Positions 39,936-48,353 of a stretch of DNA of 48,353 nt are shown here, piece by piece. Position numbers and translations under genes: made by a program. Positions within the stretch are counted from its first letter, which is position 1. Each line of letters begins with the position of its first letter. Under the pieces are notes generated by a model, which saw nothing but the letters and a program-made list of their open reading frames with translations, searched no databases and was not told the DNA's origin. The DNA is from Myxococcota bacterium (GTDB taxonomy: Bacteria > Myxococcota > XYA12-FULL-58-9 > JABJBS01), in the NCBI GenBank assembly GCA_036339465.1, contig JAYZAY010000095.1, positions 1-48,353 on the forward strand, in the 5' to 3' direction.

Positions 39936-40604
39936 TCATCGAGGGTCCGGGCCACTCCCTGAATAATGTTTCAAGAAGGCGCTAAAACCCATGTCGGTTT
40001 TTACATGAAAGTCGGGCACGCACTTCAGCTGCTCCTGGCTGAGGGAATATTGTTCACACACCATCGAACATCGCTTCTTCGGAGAATTGAAACTTACCCT
40101 AGTCGGACTCCAAGCACGAACTCCGTGGCATATATGTCCCCGAAAACAAACCATAGAGCCCCTTTTCGCCTTAATGGCCACACGCCCAGTTTCCGTTGCT
40201 AAAATCAGCTCCCCGCCTCTAACCCACCGAAGCTCATTCAAATAAACAACCGAAACCCACTCTGGTAGGACACGTTCCTGGTCAAACAGCGTTCCCAGGG
40301 TCGCATCAATGTGGGGATGCACTTCCCGGTTCGGAGGTACCTCAAGATAATTCAAATAGAAGGCATTCAGCGAAGAGTGCTTCTCTTCCATCGCACCGCA
40401 ATGAAGAAACCAATCGCTTAAAGAAGGAAACATTTTACTCAGTCGCGGAAGACCAGCGAGGGTTAGGTATATACCGAAACCACTGGTCGCCTGAAAACTG
40501 CCTTTGAGCGTACTGGTCCCCACAAAGGATGAATGAGCCAACTCATCCCATAAACCCTGAAGTTCATTCTTGCTCATAAATTGTGTCTGAACCGTATAAG
40601 TCAC
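39936..40604 (-). CDS. 2OG-Fe(II) oxygenase
   Basis: HID (HxD), VVYL, GGEL, FRG...HGV, RCS (RxS). Confidence 0.85.
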   Translation of the reverse strand: MTYTVQTQFMSKNELQGLWDELAHSSFVGTSTLKGSFQATSGFGIYLTLAGLPRLSKMFPSLSDWFLHCGAMEEKHSSLNAFYLNYLEVPPNREVHPHIDATLGTLFDQERVLPEWVSVVYLNELRWVRGGELILATETGRVAIKAKRGSMVCFRGHICHGVRAWSPTRVSFNSPKKRCSMVCEQYSLSQEQLKCVPDFHVKTDMGFSAFLKHYSGSGPDPR

Positions 40605-40629
40605 GCCCCTCTCTTAGCATCATAAACTT

Positions 40630-41236
40630 CCTACGTCGCTCCAGAAAACGCTCTATTCAAGCACAATATCCGCGTACATCTTCCGGCTAAATCCCAAAAC
40701 CGACACGAAAACCCACGCCTTACAGTCGATACCTTGATCTGGGTCGTAGAGTTTGCCGGTGTAGCCAAAATCAACCTGAGCACCTCAGCCAGGGCCGGTT
40801 GTCACGGGAATCGTCACGTCTTTGACACAGCTTCCCTTGGCCTTTTTAAGCTGCGTGCACACCCGTTTAACCGCACCGAGACTGGCTGTGGATGTCGGTA
40901 TTTCAAGCCAAAGGAACTCCTAAATCGCCCGCGCTCTGGCGCCTTTTACGCATTTTTTTTCCATAAAGAGGATCCCAAACAGCGATGCTTGCAGGTCTAC
41001 TCAGATGAAACGCGCTCTTAGAAATCTTTTCTCACCGCTACATAAAGCAGCTCAAGGCTCGGAAGGTCGCTTACATCGCCCTTAAGTTACCCCCCTGTGG
41101 GCAATGCTTCCCGGTAGAAGCGTTCTGTGTTTGCGCCCATGCCGAGCAATCCCGCCATATCCCGATAGCCGCTACCCAGCCTAACAAATCTCACCATGTT
41201 CTGCTGTCGGTGCATGTCTATTCTCTTTACTCCCGT
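40630..41236 (-). pseudogene. istA: IS21-family transposase IstA, decayed N-terminal fragment
   Basis: AAGGAG RBS, then ACG (mutated ATG) GVKRIDMHRQQNMVRFVRLGSGYRDMAGLLGMGANTERFYRE...ASLGAVKRVC...IPVTTGPG*GAQVDFGYTGKLYDP...KAWVFVSVLGFSRKMYA. Several stops and a frameshift; no istB. Confidence 0.85.
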
Positions 41237-41515
41237 GGTAGTGGCTCCTTTCTCAGCAATCCCGGGTGGAGCAACCTGAGGCCAAGCTCCCCCGTGTTCG
41301 TGCGGAACTCTCAGAGCACAAGCAACATCGCTTGGCTAAGACGAGTGAGCCGGTGGCGAGCCCTCGTGAGGCACCCGGGTAGGGCCTGTCACGCTCTGAA
41401 TCTCGCCAAATCAAAAGCGCCGCTCGTGCACCTCATGAAGCGCTTCGGTCAGAGGTAGCGACCGAAGAGATGGAGCACGGAAGAGAAATCGGAAGTTGGC
41501 TCGCCTACACAGGCC

Positions 41516-41545
41516 ACCAAACAACCAAACAACCAAACAACCAAA
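41516..41545. repeat. About 3.75 x 8-bp tandem repeat ACCAAACA
   Basis: Read directly in the intergenic sequence. Confidence 0.85.
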
Positions 41546-41770
41546 GAGCGCTCGTGCCAGAAGCATGAAACATCAAGGAACACAAATATTTCCCTCAGTG
41601 CATCTAAAGCTTTCTTTTCCAGGCGGGGTAGGAATTTGTGCGCAATCCGTATCGGGGCTGCAGGATGGGGAACAATTCCCACTAGTGGCACAAATACAGG
41701 CTATGCTTGCTATTTGGGGGACACATATCCAGGTTACACGTGTCATTCTCAAGGCAAGACTGGTACGCGA

Positions 41771-43300
41771 TTACCCCCCACCTGAACCACCCTGATTGCC
41801 GCCCCCACCACCCATGGCAGATGTATCTGGAGCCCGAGAATAACAGCCCAAAACATGGGGAAACGATCCCGTAACATGGTACGCGTAATTTCCATCGCTG
41901 TCAGTCACCCCGTTGCAGCGGTCCAAGTAGACGAAGCTGTCGGGACCAGCCGCCTGGGCTGTTTCAAAAGTATGGCTACACCAAGAGTAATTCTTGTGGG
42001 CACATTTCTTTGCCACTTCCCGGCCAGTGGATGTTTTGGCCACCACATAGGTGCATTCGTAGATTCCATCACAATCCGAAGAATTCGTGCACGCCTTTAA
42101 TTCATCGGAGAGGGTCTCGACAGATGAATTCCAGGCCTTTAAACCACTATAATACCAGCCGCTTCGAGCTCGCTTAAATGTGTCGTTCCCTGTTTGAACG
42201 CAGGGCCCTTTGATGGGCACCCCATCCAAAGCCCAACCGAGAATAGCCGAAGGCCCGGTACAGTCGGCAGTGAGATAGTCCTCCTGGCTCCAGTTTGAAA
42301 CAGCCGTAGCGTAACCAAAGGTTTCTGGAGCTGACTTCGCTGTCGCGGGATAACATGCTTCGTAAAGACCGTGGTAATGCATATTCGCTTTACCCCCCGT
42401 ATGACCCTGACAAAAATCTAAAACCACCCCTTTGTTATCTTCGAAAGTAGCACCTGCCTGGGCGAACGAAACCGGAACCGGGAAGGCGGGGTTGCCAAAG
42501 GGACTGGGCCTGGTGGCTTCATTGGGCCCATAGACCGGAACACCGTTGATAACCACCCCCACCGCACCCAAACATGAAATCTTATGGTAGTACGCATCCT
42601 CTTCTTTGATGTAACGAGATCCAGAGCCTGCATAACAATACCCTGCGGGTTCCGTTGTATGCACCCAAACAGGGTTGGCCGGCACCAAAGTACAGTTGGA
42701 AGCCGGAGCCCCCGGTGCGAACTTGCTGGCATCGTCGAAGTCGCTACCCACATCGGCAGCAGTAAGAACCGCCGGTGATTTAGGGATTTTCCACAAATGT
42801 GCTTGGGCCGCGATACCATTGGGCGTGGTGGGTGTGGGATTGTAGTGGGGCAGGCCATTGCTAGCAACATAGAGAAAAGCGGAGTCACATTTGGTTAGAA
42901 GACATGGTTTCAAGATCACATCATAATCGTAATGACCCTCATTTTTTTTGTATCCCACAATCGTATAATCATCGGGATAGGCAAAAAAGGACTTGGACAT
43001 GGTCTGAGCGCCGATGCCGCAATTGGTAACCCTCGAAGGAAAAAGAGCTTCCGTAGTACCACAAACAGAAGAAGACGAAGCATGGGCGTCGGTGTCGGTT
43101 GTGGTGCCCATACCCGTGGCGCTGGAATCTGTACTGGTACCCGTGCTCGGCGTGGCATTGGTATTTGTGTTGCCTGAAGCATGGGTGCTGGTGTCGGTTT
43201 GGGTGTTGTTCGCACGACCACCTTCGAATCCCGAAGCGTTCGAATCATCACGGCAGGCAGAAAAAGCCATGAGACAACCCAACCCCACCCATCCAAACAA
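41771..43300 (-). CDS. YHYH-domain, Cys-rich secreted lipoprotein
   Basis: Lipobox FSAC, S/T-rich linker, SNGLP, GV.INGVP.YGP, LD.C.GH, HYH, GWALDG.PI.GP, LDRCNG, YAYHVT..FP. Confidence 0.85.
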   Translation of the reverse strand: MFGWVGLGCLMAFSACRDDSNASGFEGGRANNTQTDTSTHASGNTNTNATPSTGTSTDSSATGMGTTTDTDAHASSSSVCGTTEALFPSRVTNCGIGAQTMSKSFFAYPDDYTIVGYKKNEGHYDYDVILKPCLLTKCDSAFLYVASNGLPHYNPTPTTPNGIAAQAHLWKIPKSPAVLTAADVGSDFDDASKFAPGAPASNCTLVPANPVWVHTTEPAGYCYAGSGSRYIKEEDAYYHKISCLGAVGVVINGVPVYGPNEATRPSPFGNPAFPVPVSFAQAGATFEDNKGVVLDFCQGHTGGKANMHYHGLYEACYPATAKSAPETFGYATAVSNWSQEDYLTADCTGPSAILGWALDGVPIKGPCVQTGNDTFKRARSGWYYSGLKAWNSSVETLSDELKACTNSSDCDGIYECTYVVAKTSTGREVAKKCAHKNYSWCSHTFETAQAAGPDSFVYLDRCNGVTDSDGNYAYHVTGSFPHVLGCYSRAPDTSAMGGGGGNQGGSGGG

Positions 43301-43562
43301 ACAACTCGTAACCTTCAGAAATCCCCTCCGCGCTTTTCAACCATACTCGGCAAATGATAGTCGCTTCACCTCACGAGCACAAATCCTGGGGCGAAAGTCC
43401 GCCACTCATTTAAGAAGTCTTTAGCTGGCAGCACCACCAAGTTAAAAGCATTTAGGCTGAAACTCCGTGTGTGAAGCGCACAATAGCGAGGTTACTCCCA
43501 TCCCCTCATTTGGAAGTGCGGCGAATCTAAACCTTCACAGACGCCCGCTATTCACCGCTCAG

Positions 43563-43603
43563 TCATGACGCACCAAGTGTTGTTGCGTCATGATTTCTTT
43601 TTT
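43563..43603 (+). terminator. Hairpin with T-tract (intrinsic terminator-like, or an operator)
   Basis: TCATGACGCA-N11-TGCGTCATGA followed by TTTCTTTTTT. Confidence 0.5.
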
Positions 43604-43660
43604 GACAATACTCAGTCTGGCTTGTGTTTTGATTACAAGAGCCCTAACCACCCTGCTTAT

Positions 43661-43692
43661 TTAATACTTAATACTTTAATACTCTTTAATGC
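43661..43692. repeat. Four TTAAT(A/G)C direct repeats in a divergent intergenic region
   Basis: Copies start at 43661, 43668, 43676 and 43686. Confidence 0.7.
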
Positions 43693-43799
43693 TTTTGGGG
43701 CGTCGTGAGAGCGGCAAAACAAGCAACCACGGCTTCGGTAAAGGTCGTATGTTGACTTCGCCCCTTTGACAGAAAGATGTGCTTCGATATGTAGGCAAC

Positions 43800-45122
43800 A
43801 TGAAAAATCAACCAGCAATCGGCAAGAAACGCTTCTTCAAACTCGCATCAATGTCCGCAAACATGGCTAGTAACTATGCGAAATCCCGTATTAAGACGAT
43901 TTTTTCTGACGCGGAATCAACGGGCGCAGAAATTTCGAAATTACATGCTGTCAACGGGCAAATGCTTGCCGAGACCCTCGGTGAACTCAAAGGGGCCATC
44001 ATGAAGATGGGGCAGATCGCGTCAGTTGCCTCCGACATTCTCCCCACAGAAATAGCCGACGCCCTTCGAACACTTCAAAAAGATTCCCCTCCCATGGATT
44101 TCGAACTCATCGAGTCCCAAATTGAAAGAGAACTCGGTGCGCCTATCCCTGTCCTCTTCCAAAGCTTTGATCCCAAGCCATTCGCCGCAGCCTCAATTGG
44201 GCAGGTACATCGAGCCCGCATCGACGACGGACGGGAAGTTATTGTTAAAATCCAATACCCCGGTGTGGATGGCGCCGTGGACTCTGATTTACGGCATTTG
44301 AAAGTAGCCCTCGCTGCGAGTGGCCTCATCAAACTTAGTCGAAAGGCCATCGATAATATGCTGGTGGAGTTTCGAAGCCGATTACACGAAGAACTCGATT
44401 ATTGTAACGAAGCAGAAAACGTACGGAAATTCAGGGAAATATTCAAAGATGACCCTCGGGTAGTCATCCCCGACGTCATTGGCGAAAGAAGCTCCCAGAG
44501 GGTCCTCACACTAACCTACGAGCCCTCTATTCCCTTAACCCAAATCACCCCCAAAACATTCTCCAAACACTTCGTTAATCAAGCCGGCAAAACGCTCTTT
44601 GAAATCATGGCCACCCAACTCTTCATTCATCTCTCTATCCATGCCGATCCAAACCCCGCCAACTTTGGGTTTCGAGAAAACGGCAAACTTGTCCTATACG
44701 ATTTTGGTTGCATCAAGATTCTAGACACGGAAACCATCACGATCTACAAGGCTACCATTCGGGCAGCACTTGAAGGAAAGTTCCCCGAAACAGAATCGCT
44801 TCTAATCCAGCTCGGCGCCCGCAACCCAAAAGGGCCAGCACTTAACAATGAATTTTTCAGCAATTGGACAGAGATTCTGTTACGCCCTTTTCAAAACACC
44901 GGTCCTTTCGATTTTGGGCGCTCCACAATCCACCACGATGTCATTAAGAACATTCCAGCCTTCTTAACCAAACATGCCAGCGGCTTTCAACCCGCAAAGG
45001 AACTGGTCTTTGTGGACCGAGTCATCGGGGGGCACTATGGAAATTTATGTAAATTGGGATGTCGCATCGACTCCGGAGCGCTCCTCCGAAAACATCTCTA
45101 CCCAAGCCGCGAAACGGCTTAG
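43800..45122 (+). CDS. ABC1/UbiB/AarF-family atypical kinase
   Basis: KGAIMKMGQ, AAASIGQVHRA, VKIQYPGV, EELDY..EA, HADPNPANF, YDFG. Confidence 0.93.
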   Translation: MKNQPAIGKKRFFKLASMSANMASNYAKSRIKTIFSDAESTGAEISKLHAVNGQMLAETLGELKGAIMKMGQIASVASDILPTEIADALRTLQKDSPPMDFELIESQIERELGAPIPVLFQSFDPKPFAAASIGQVHRARIDDGREVIVKIQYPGVDGAVDSDLRHLKVALAASGLIKLSRKAIDNMLVEFRSRLHEELDYCNEAENVRKFREIFKDDPRVVIPDVIGERSSQRVLTLTYEPSIPLTQITPKTFSKHFVNQAGKTLFEIMATQLFIHLSIHADPNPANFGFRENGKLVLYDFGCIKILDTETITIYKATIRAALEGKFPETESLLIQLGARNPKGPALNNEFFSNWTEILLRPFQNTGPFDFGRSTIHHDVIKNIPAFLTKHASGFQPAKELVFVDRVIGGHYGNLCKLGCRIDSGALLRKHLYPSRETA

Positions 45123-45496
45123 GAACTCGAGGCGTTTTACCGAAATGACTTGGAAAACTGTAGCATTATGCCCGTAAATGACCTCGGCCAAGCATTCAGA
45201 CTCTCAGGCGCTCAGGCGCGGGTATACCCTTGCTGAGTATCGTGCCAATTCCCGAGGCAGCCATTGAGACACTAAAAAAACGCTTCAGCAATTTAGACAA
45301 CATGGTCAAGAATTTTGGATTGGCAGCCAACCGGAAACCGGTGCCGTATTATCAGACACCGATATCAGAGTACGCTCAGGATATGAAGTCTATGGGCCAG
45401 CGCTGGCTTTAGAGTTAGAAAGTTAAGCAACCCTTCACCCAACTTTATTTTTTCCGTTTTTTTGCAAAATGCGCCCAATCGTGATCTTTAACCAGT

Positions 45497-45757
45497 GTGA
45501 AAAACAACGGCGCACCATCAAATGCACTCCACTACTTTCGTAAGTCCACTCGAGCAATTCAAGGGGTCAAGTGGTTTGAATTGGTGCTCCAAAAAAGTTT
45601 GTTTGGAGACACTGATTTGATTTGTCGCTCCGGCTCTATTGGCAGGGCTCGGGTCAAAGAGAAGGTGGAAAGTTTTGCCGACAACAGCTCGGTTTGGAAA
45701 CGTATCGAGAAGATTAGAGCCAAACGACTCTCTGAGGGTTACATTCAAGTTTGCTAG
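45497..45757 (+). CDS. Stand-alone WGR-domain-like protein
   Basis: KWFELVLQKSLFG...L..RSGSIG...F...KRLSEGY matches the WGR pattern, but the WGR signature reads SGS. Confidence 0.6.
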   Translation: MKNNGAPSNALHYFRKSTRAIQGVKWFELVLQKSLFGDTDLICRSGSIGRARVKEKVESFADNSSVWKRIEKIRAKRLSEGYIQVC

Positions 45758-45769
45758 ACCTGAGCTCCA

Positions 45770-46768
45770 TTAAAGCTTGTTGACGATTGCCTCAGCGATT
45801 TCTCGAGTCGTGGCGGTGCCCCCAAGATCATGACTCAACAATTCCCTATCGTTAGCCGCCTTTTCAATGGCCTCGTTTAGACGTTCGGCCGCACTCAATT
45901 CTCCCACATATTCCAACAACAAAACGGCGCTTTGAATTAGTCCCAAAGGATTGGCCAAACCCCGTCCGGCAATATCCGGCGCCGAACCATGAACAGCCTC
46001 AAAAACAGCCATCCTATCCCCAATATTAGCACCAGGTACAACCCCTAAACCGCCCACCAAACCAGCACAGAGGTCTGAGACAATGTCGCCATAGAGATTC
46101 TCCATCAGCATCATATCAAATTGAGTAGGATCTTTGACCAAACGCATACAAAGCGCATCGATGATAGCCTGATCGTAGGTAATATCTGGAAAACCCTTCG
46201 CTACCCCTGCCACCCTCTCTAAGAATAAGCCATCACCGAGCTTCATAATATTGGCTTTATGGACCGCAGTAATGGTCTTCCGTTCGTGTTTTCGCGCATA
46301 TTTGAAGGCTGCCTGGGCAATCCGATCGGTAGCCTTTTCAGTCACAACTTTAATAGAAACCACAACACCTTGCGAAACTTGGTTCTCTAAACCGGCGTAG
46401 AGACCCTCCGTATTTTCACGAAACAAAACAATATCGACGCCTTCATAGCGTGCTGGAATACCTGGAAGCGTCCTTGCTGGTCTCACCGATGCATAGAGGT
46501 CGAGCTCCCTTCGGAGCCGAACATTCGCGCTAACATGCCCTTTGCCAACCGGAGTTGTCGTCGGTCCCTTCAACGCCACCCCATTCTTGCGACAAGAACT
46601 CAAAGTCGCCTTGGGCAATGCATCACCATGCTCCGCAAACGCTTGGAGCCCACATGAACATTCTTCCCAATGAATATTCACGCCCGTTCGTGACAAAACA
46701 TATTTTGTTGCCTCTGCAACCTCCGGTCCAATCCCATCACCTGAAATCAATGATATTGCATGTGGCAT
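45770..46768 (-). CDS. Isocitrate/isopropylmalate dehydrogenase family (probable NAD-dependent IDH)
   Basis: GDGIGPE, KGPTTTP, SANV.LR, RENTEGLY, VHKANIMK, NLYGDIVSD, FEAVHGSAPDIAG; AAGGAG RBS before ATG 46768. Confidence 0.92.
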   Translation of the reverse strand: MPHAISLISGDGIGPEVAEATKYVLSRTGVNIHWEECSCGLQAFAEHGDALPKATLSSCRKNGVALKGPTTTPVGKGHVSANVRLRRELDLYASVRPARTLPGIPARYEGVDIVLFRENTEGLYAGLENQVSQGVVVSIKVVTEKATDRIAQAAFKYARKHERKTITAVHKANIMKLGDGLFLERVAGVAKGFPDITYDQAIIDALCMRLVKDPTQFDMMLMENLYGDIVSDLCAGLVGGLGVVPGANIGDRMAVFEAVHGSAPDIAGRGLANPLGLIQSAVLLLEYVGELSAAERLNEAIEKAANDRELLSHDLGGTATTREIAEAIVNKL

Positions 46769-47016
46769 AACAACTCCTTCATACGAGAAAATTCGACCTG
46801 AGGATTCATTTCTCAACCGCTGTTTAGGTATTTTGCCCTCAAGTACCAGAAAGTCTAACAGCAACCAGAACTTGATGGCGAATTTACGAGAAAATTCTTC
46901 GTGTTTCCCCTGTTATCATTATGGTTTTTCGAAAAGCCAAAAGATGCGATTGTGGTCGATTGGCCATAGGATTATTTTCGTGAAATAATGAGAAGGATGA
47001 GGCACTTAACTTGATT

Positions 47017-47583
47017 ATGTGCAACAAGCACACATTGACCACCATAGCGCTGACTGCTTTGCTTTTGACTCTTTTAAGCTGGAGTGCGTGCCGATCCCTA
47101 ATAGCAACATCACATAACTCTGCCACTTCAACCACTCAAAATGGTAAGGCCCCTAGCTGTCACAATTTACAACCCATCGATGCGGCATTGCTCAAATCTG
47201 TCGTGAATCTAGATCTGGCCGGTGCCCAAAAAGCCATTCTGCAAGGAGCCAATGTAAACGGGTGTGACGGGCTCGGCTTTTCATTCCTCGTCAACGCACT
47301 CGCCACATACGATCTTGAAATCGTCACCTATTTAATAAATCAAGGTGCTACGATGCTACTTCAAGGTTCGGGTTGTACCCAGGCTCAGCCCATCGATCGA
47401 AACTTACTCGACGCCGTTGAACACAAAGACTTATCTACCGTAAGCCAGCTCATTATCAAGGGTGCCAACATCAATGCCTGCGACCAAGATGGCTTCTCAG
47501 TCCTCGTCACCGCAATTGCCAGCTATGAAATGGAAGTGGTGAACCTACTACTCTCCCACGGTGCAATACTATCTGCCAGTTAA
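47017..47583 (+). CDS. Secreted/lipoprotein ankyrin-repeat protein with two duplicated modules
   Basis: Signal ending WSAC; 2 x [C..QPID..LL..V...DL......I..GAN.N.CD..GFS.LV.A.A.Y..E.V..L...GA]. Confidence 0.85.
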   Translation: MCNKHTLTTIALTALLLTLLSWSACRSLIATSHNSATSTTQNGKAPSCHNLQPIDAALLKSVVNLDLAGAQKAILQGANVNGCDGLGFSFLVNALATYDLEIVTYLINQGATMLLQGSGCTQAQPIDRNLLDAVEHKDLSTVSQLIIKGANINACDQDGFSVLVTAIASYEMEVVNLLLSHGAILSAS

Positions 47584-47634
47584 CCCCAAAATCATATTTT
47601 ACTTCACGAATCAAACTCGGCTAGACTACTCACT

Positions 47635-48353
47635 ATGCAAGTTAAGGCAGAGGTTGATGATAGTCTTTGGGAAGAGGTCACTCGAAAAAGCCAACAATCC
47701 GATGAAAATGAAATAATCATTGCTGCCATCAAAGCACTCATCGAAATGACGCCCGAGCCGCCACTGCCCAAACCTGAACCACTGATTCCCGCAGAAGCCC
47801 CTCCCCCTGCTTTACTCCCCCCCCCCATAGCAAGCCCATCCCAATCAAAATTTTTCGGACAATTCATGATATCTCGGGGTATTATCGATGAAACTCAATT
47901 CAATGAAGCGATAAAGCAGGTCCAGCGCGAACATGGACGTGTGGGTGAAATTGCCGTCGACAAAGGGTTTCTATCCTCACAACAAGCCAAAGAACTGAAC
48001 CGCCTACAGCATTCCGAAGACATGCCCTTCGGAGCCCTGGCGGTAGAAAGAGACCTACTCACCCACCACCAGCTCGAAGAAATCCTAAAAACCCAAACCA
48101 CTCAAGGACTCAGAATAGGCGACGCCATTAAGCAGCTGGGCTTTGCGACCGAAGAAGCAATAGAATCCGCTTTTAGGGATTTTGAAAAAGAAGCAGAAAT
48201 AGAAGCCAAAACAGAACACCCCATTCTACATCCAGACCTATTTGGTATTCGGGAAGCAGAACTACTCGTAGACACCTTCCCAAAAATCGTCATGAGACTC
48301 ACAGGACTCCCCTCTAAACTCTCTCGTGGGATTCCTTTCAATCCGAAAGTCAT
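47635..48353 (+). CDS. Partial gene (runs off the window): RHH-like N-terminus, Pro linker, four MshEN-like repeats
   Basis: Manual translation: MQVKAEVDDSLWEE...KFFGQFMISRGII...RVGEIAVDKGFL...PFGALAVERDLL...RIGDAIKQLGF. No stop before the edge, so it is absent from the ORF track. Confidence 0.8.
   Translation, partial: MQVKAEVDDSLWEEVTRKSQQSDENEIIIAAIKALIEMTPEPPLPKPEPLIPAEAPPPALLPPPIASPSQSKFFGQFMISRGIIDETQFNEAIKQVQREHGRVGEIAVDKGFLSSQQAKELNRLQHSEDMPFGALAVERDLLTHHQLEEILKTQTTQGLRIGDAIKQLGFATEEAIESAFRDFEKEAEIEAKTEHPILHPDLFGIREAELLVDTFPKIVMRLTGLPSKLSRGIPFNPKV

Noticed and set aside
40720..40780. RHS core motif (FGYTGKLYDP)
   Set aside because: The flanking residues AQVDFG and KAWVFV.VLGFSR identify it as IS21 IstA.

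Overview
A chromosomal, mostly housekeeping and metabolic window of about 47% GC (estimated by eye). Gene content and style suggest Myxococcota/'Deltaproteobacteria' (inference). The centrepiece is a complete 7-gene histidine operon (hisG, hisC-HAD fusion, hisB, hisH, hisF, hisA-hisI-hisE fusion, hisD). Its HisIE part looks very like fungal His4 and is followed directly by hisD. Other notable genes are an orphan PglB/STT3 oligosaccharyltransferase, a soluble-adenylyl-cyclase-like STAND protein coupled to a START protein, an Rv1683-like hydrolase/acyl-CoA ligase fusion, a Fic protein and a 7TM-DISM histidine kinase with altered catalytic motifs, and a stand-alone rpsD. Three features are missing from the ORF track: a decayed GST-zeta (maiA-like) pseudogene, a decayed IS21 istA fragment, and a gene running off the right edge with MshEN-like repeats and a C10 tract. 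No rRNA, tRNA or CRISPR array was seen. All family calls come from motif recognition by eye, not from database searches.
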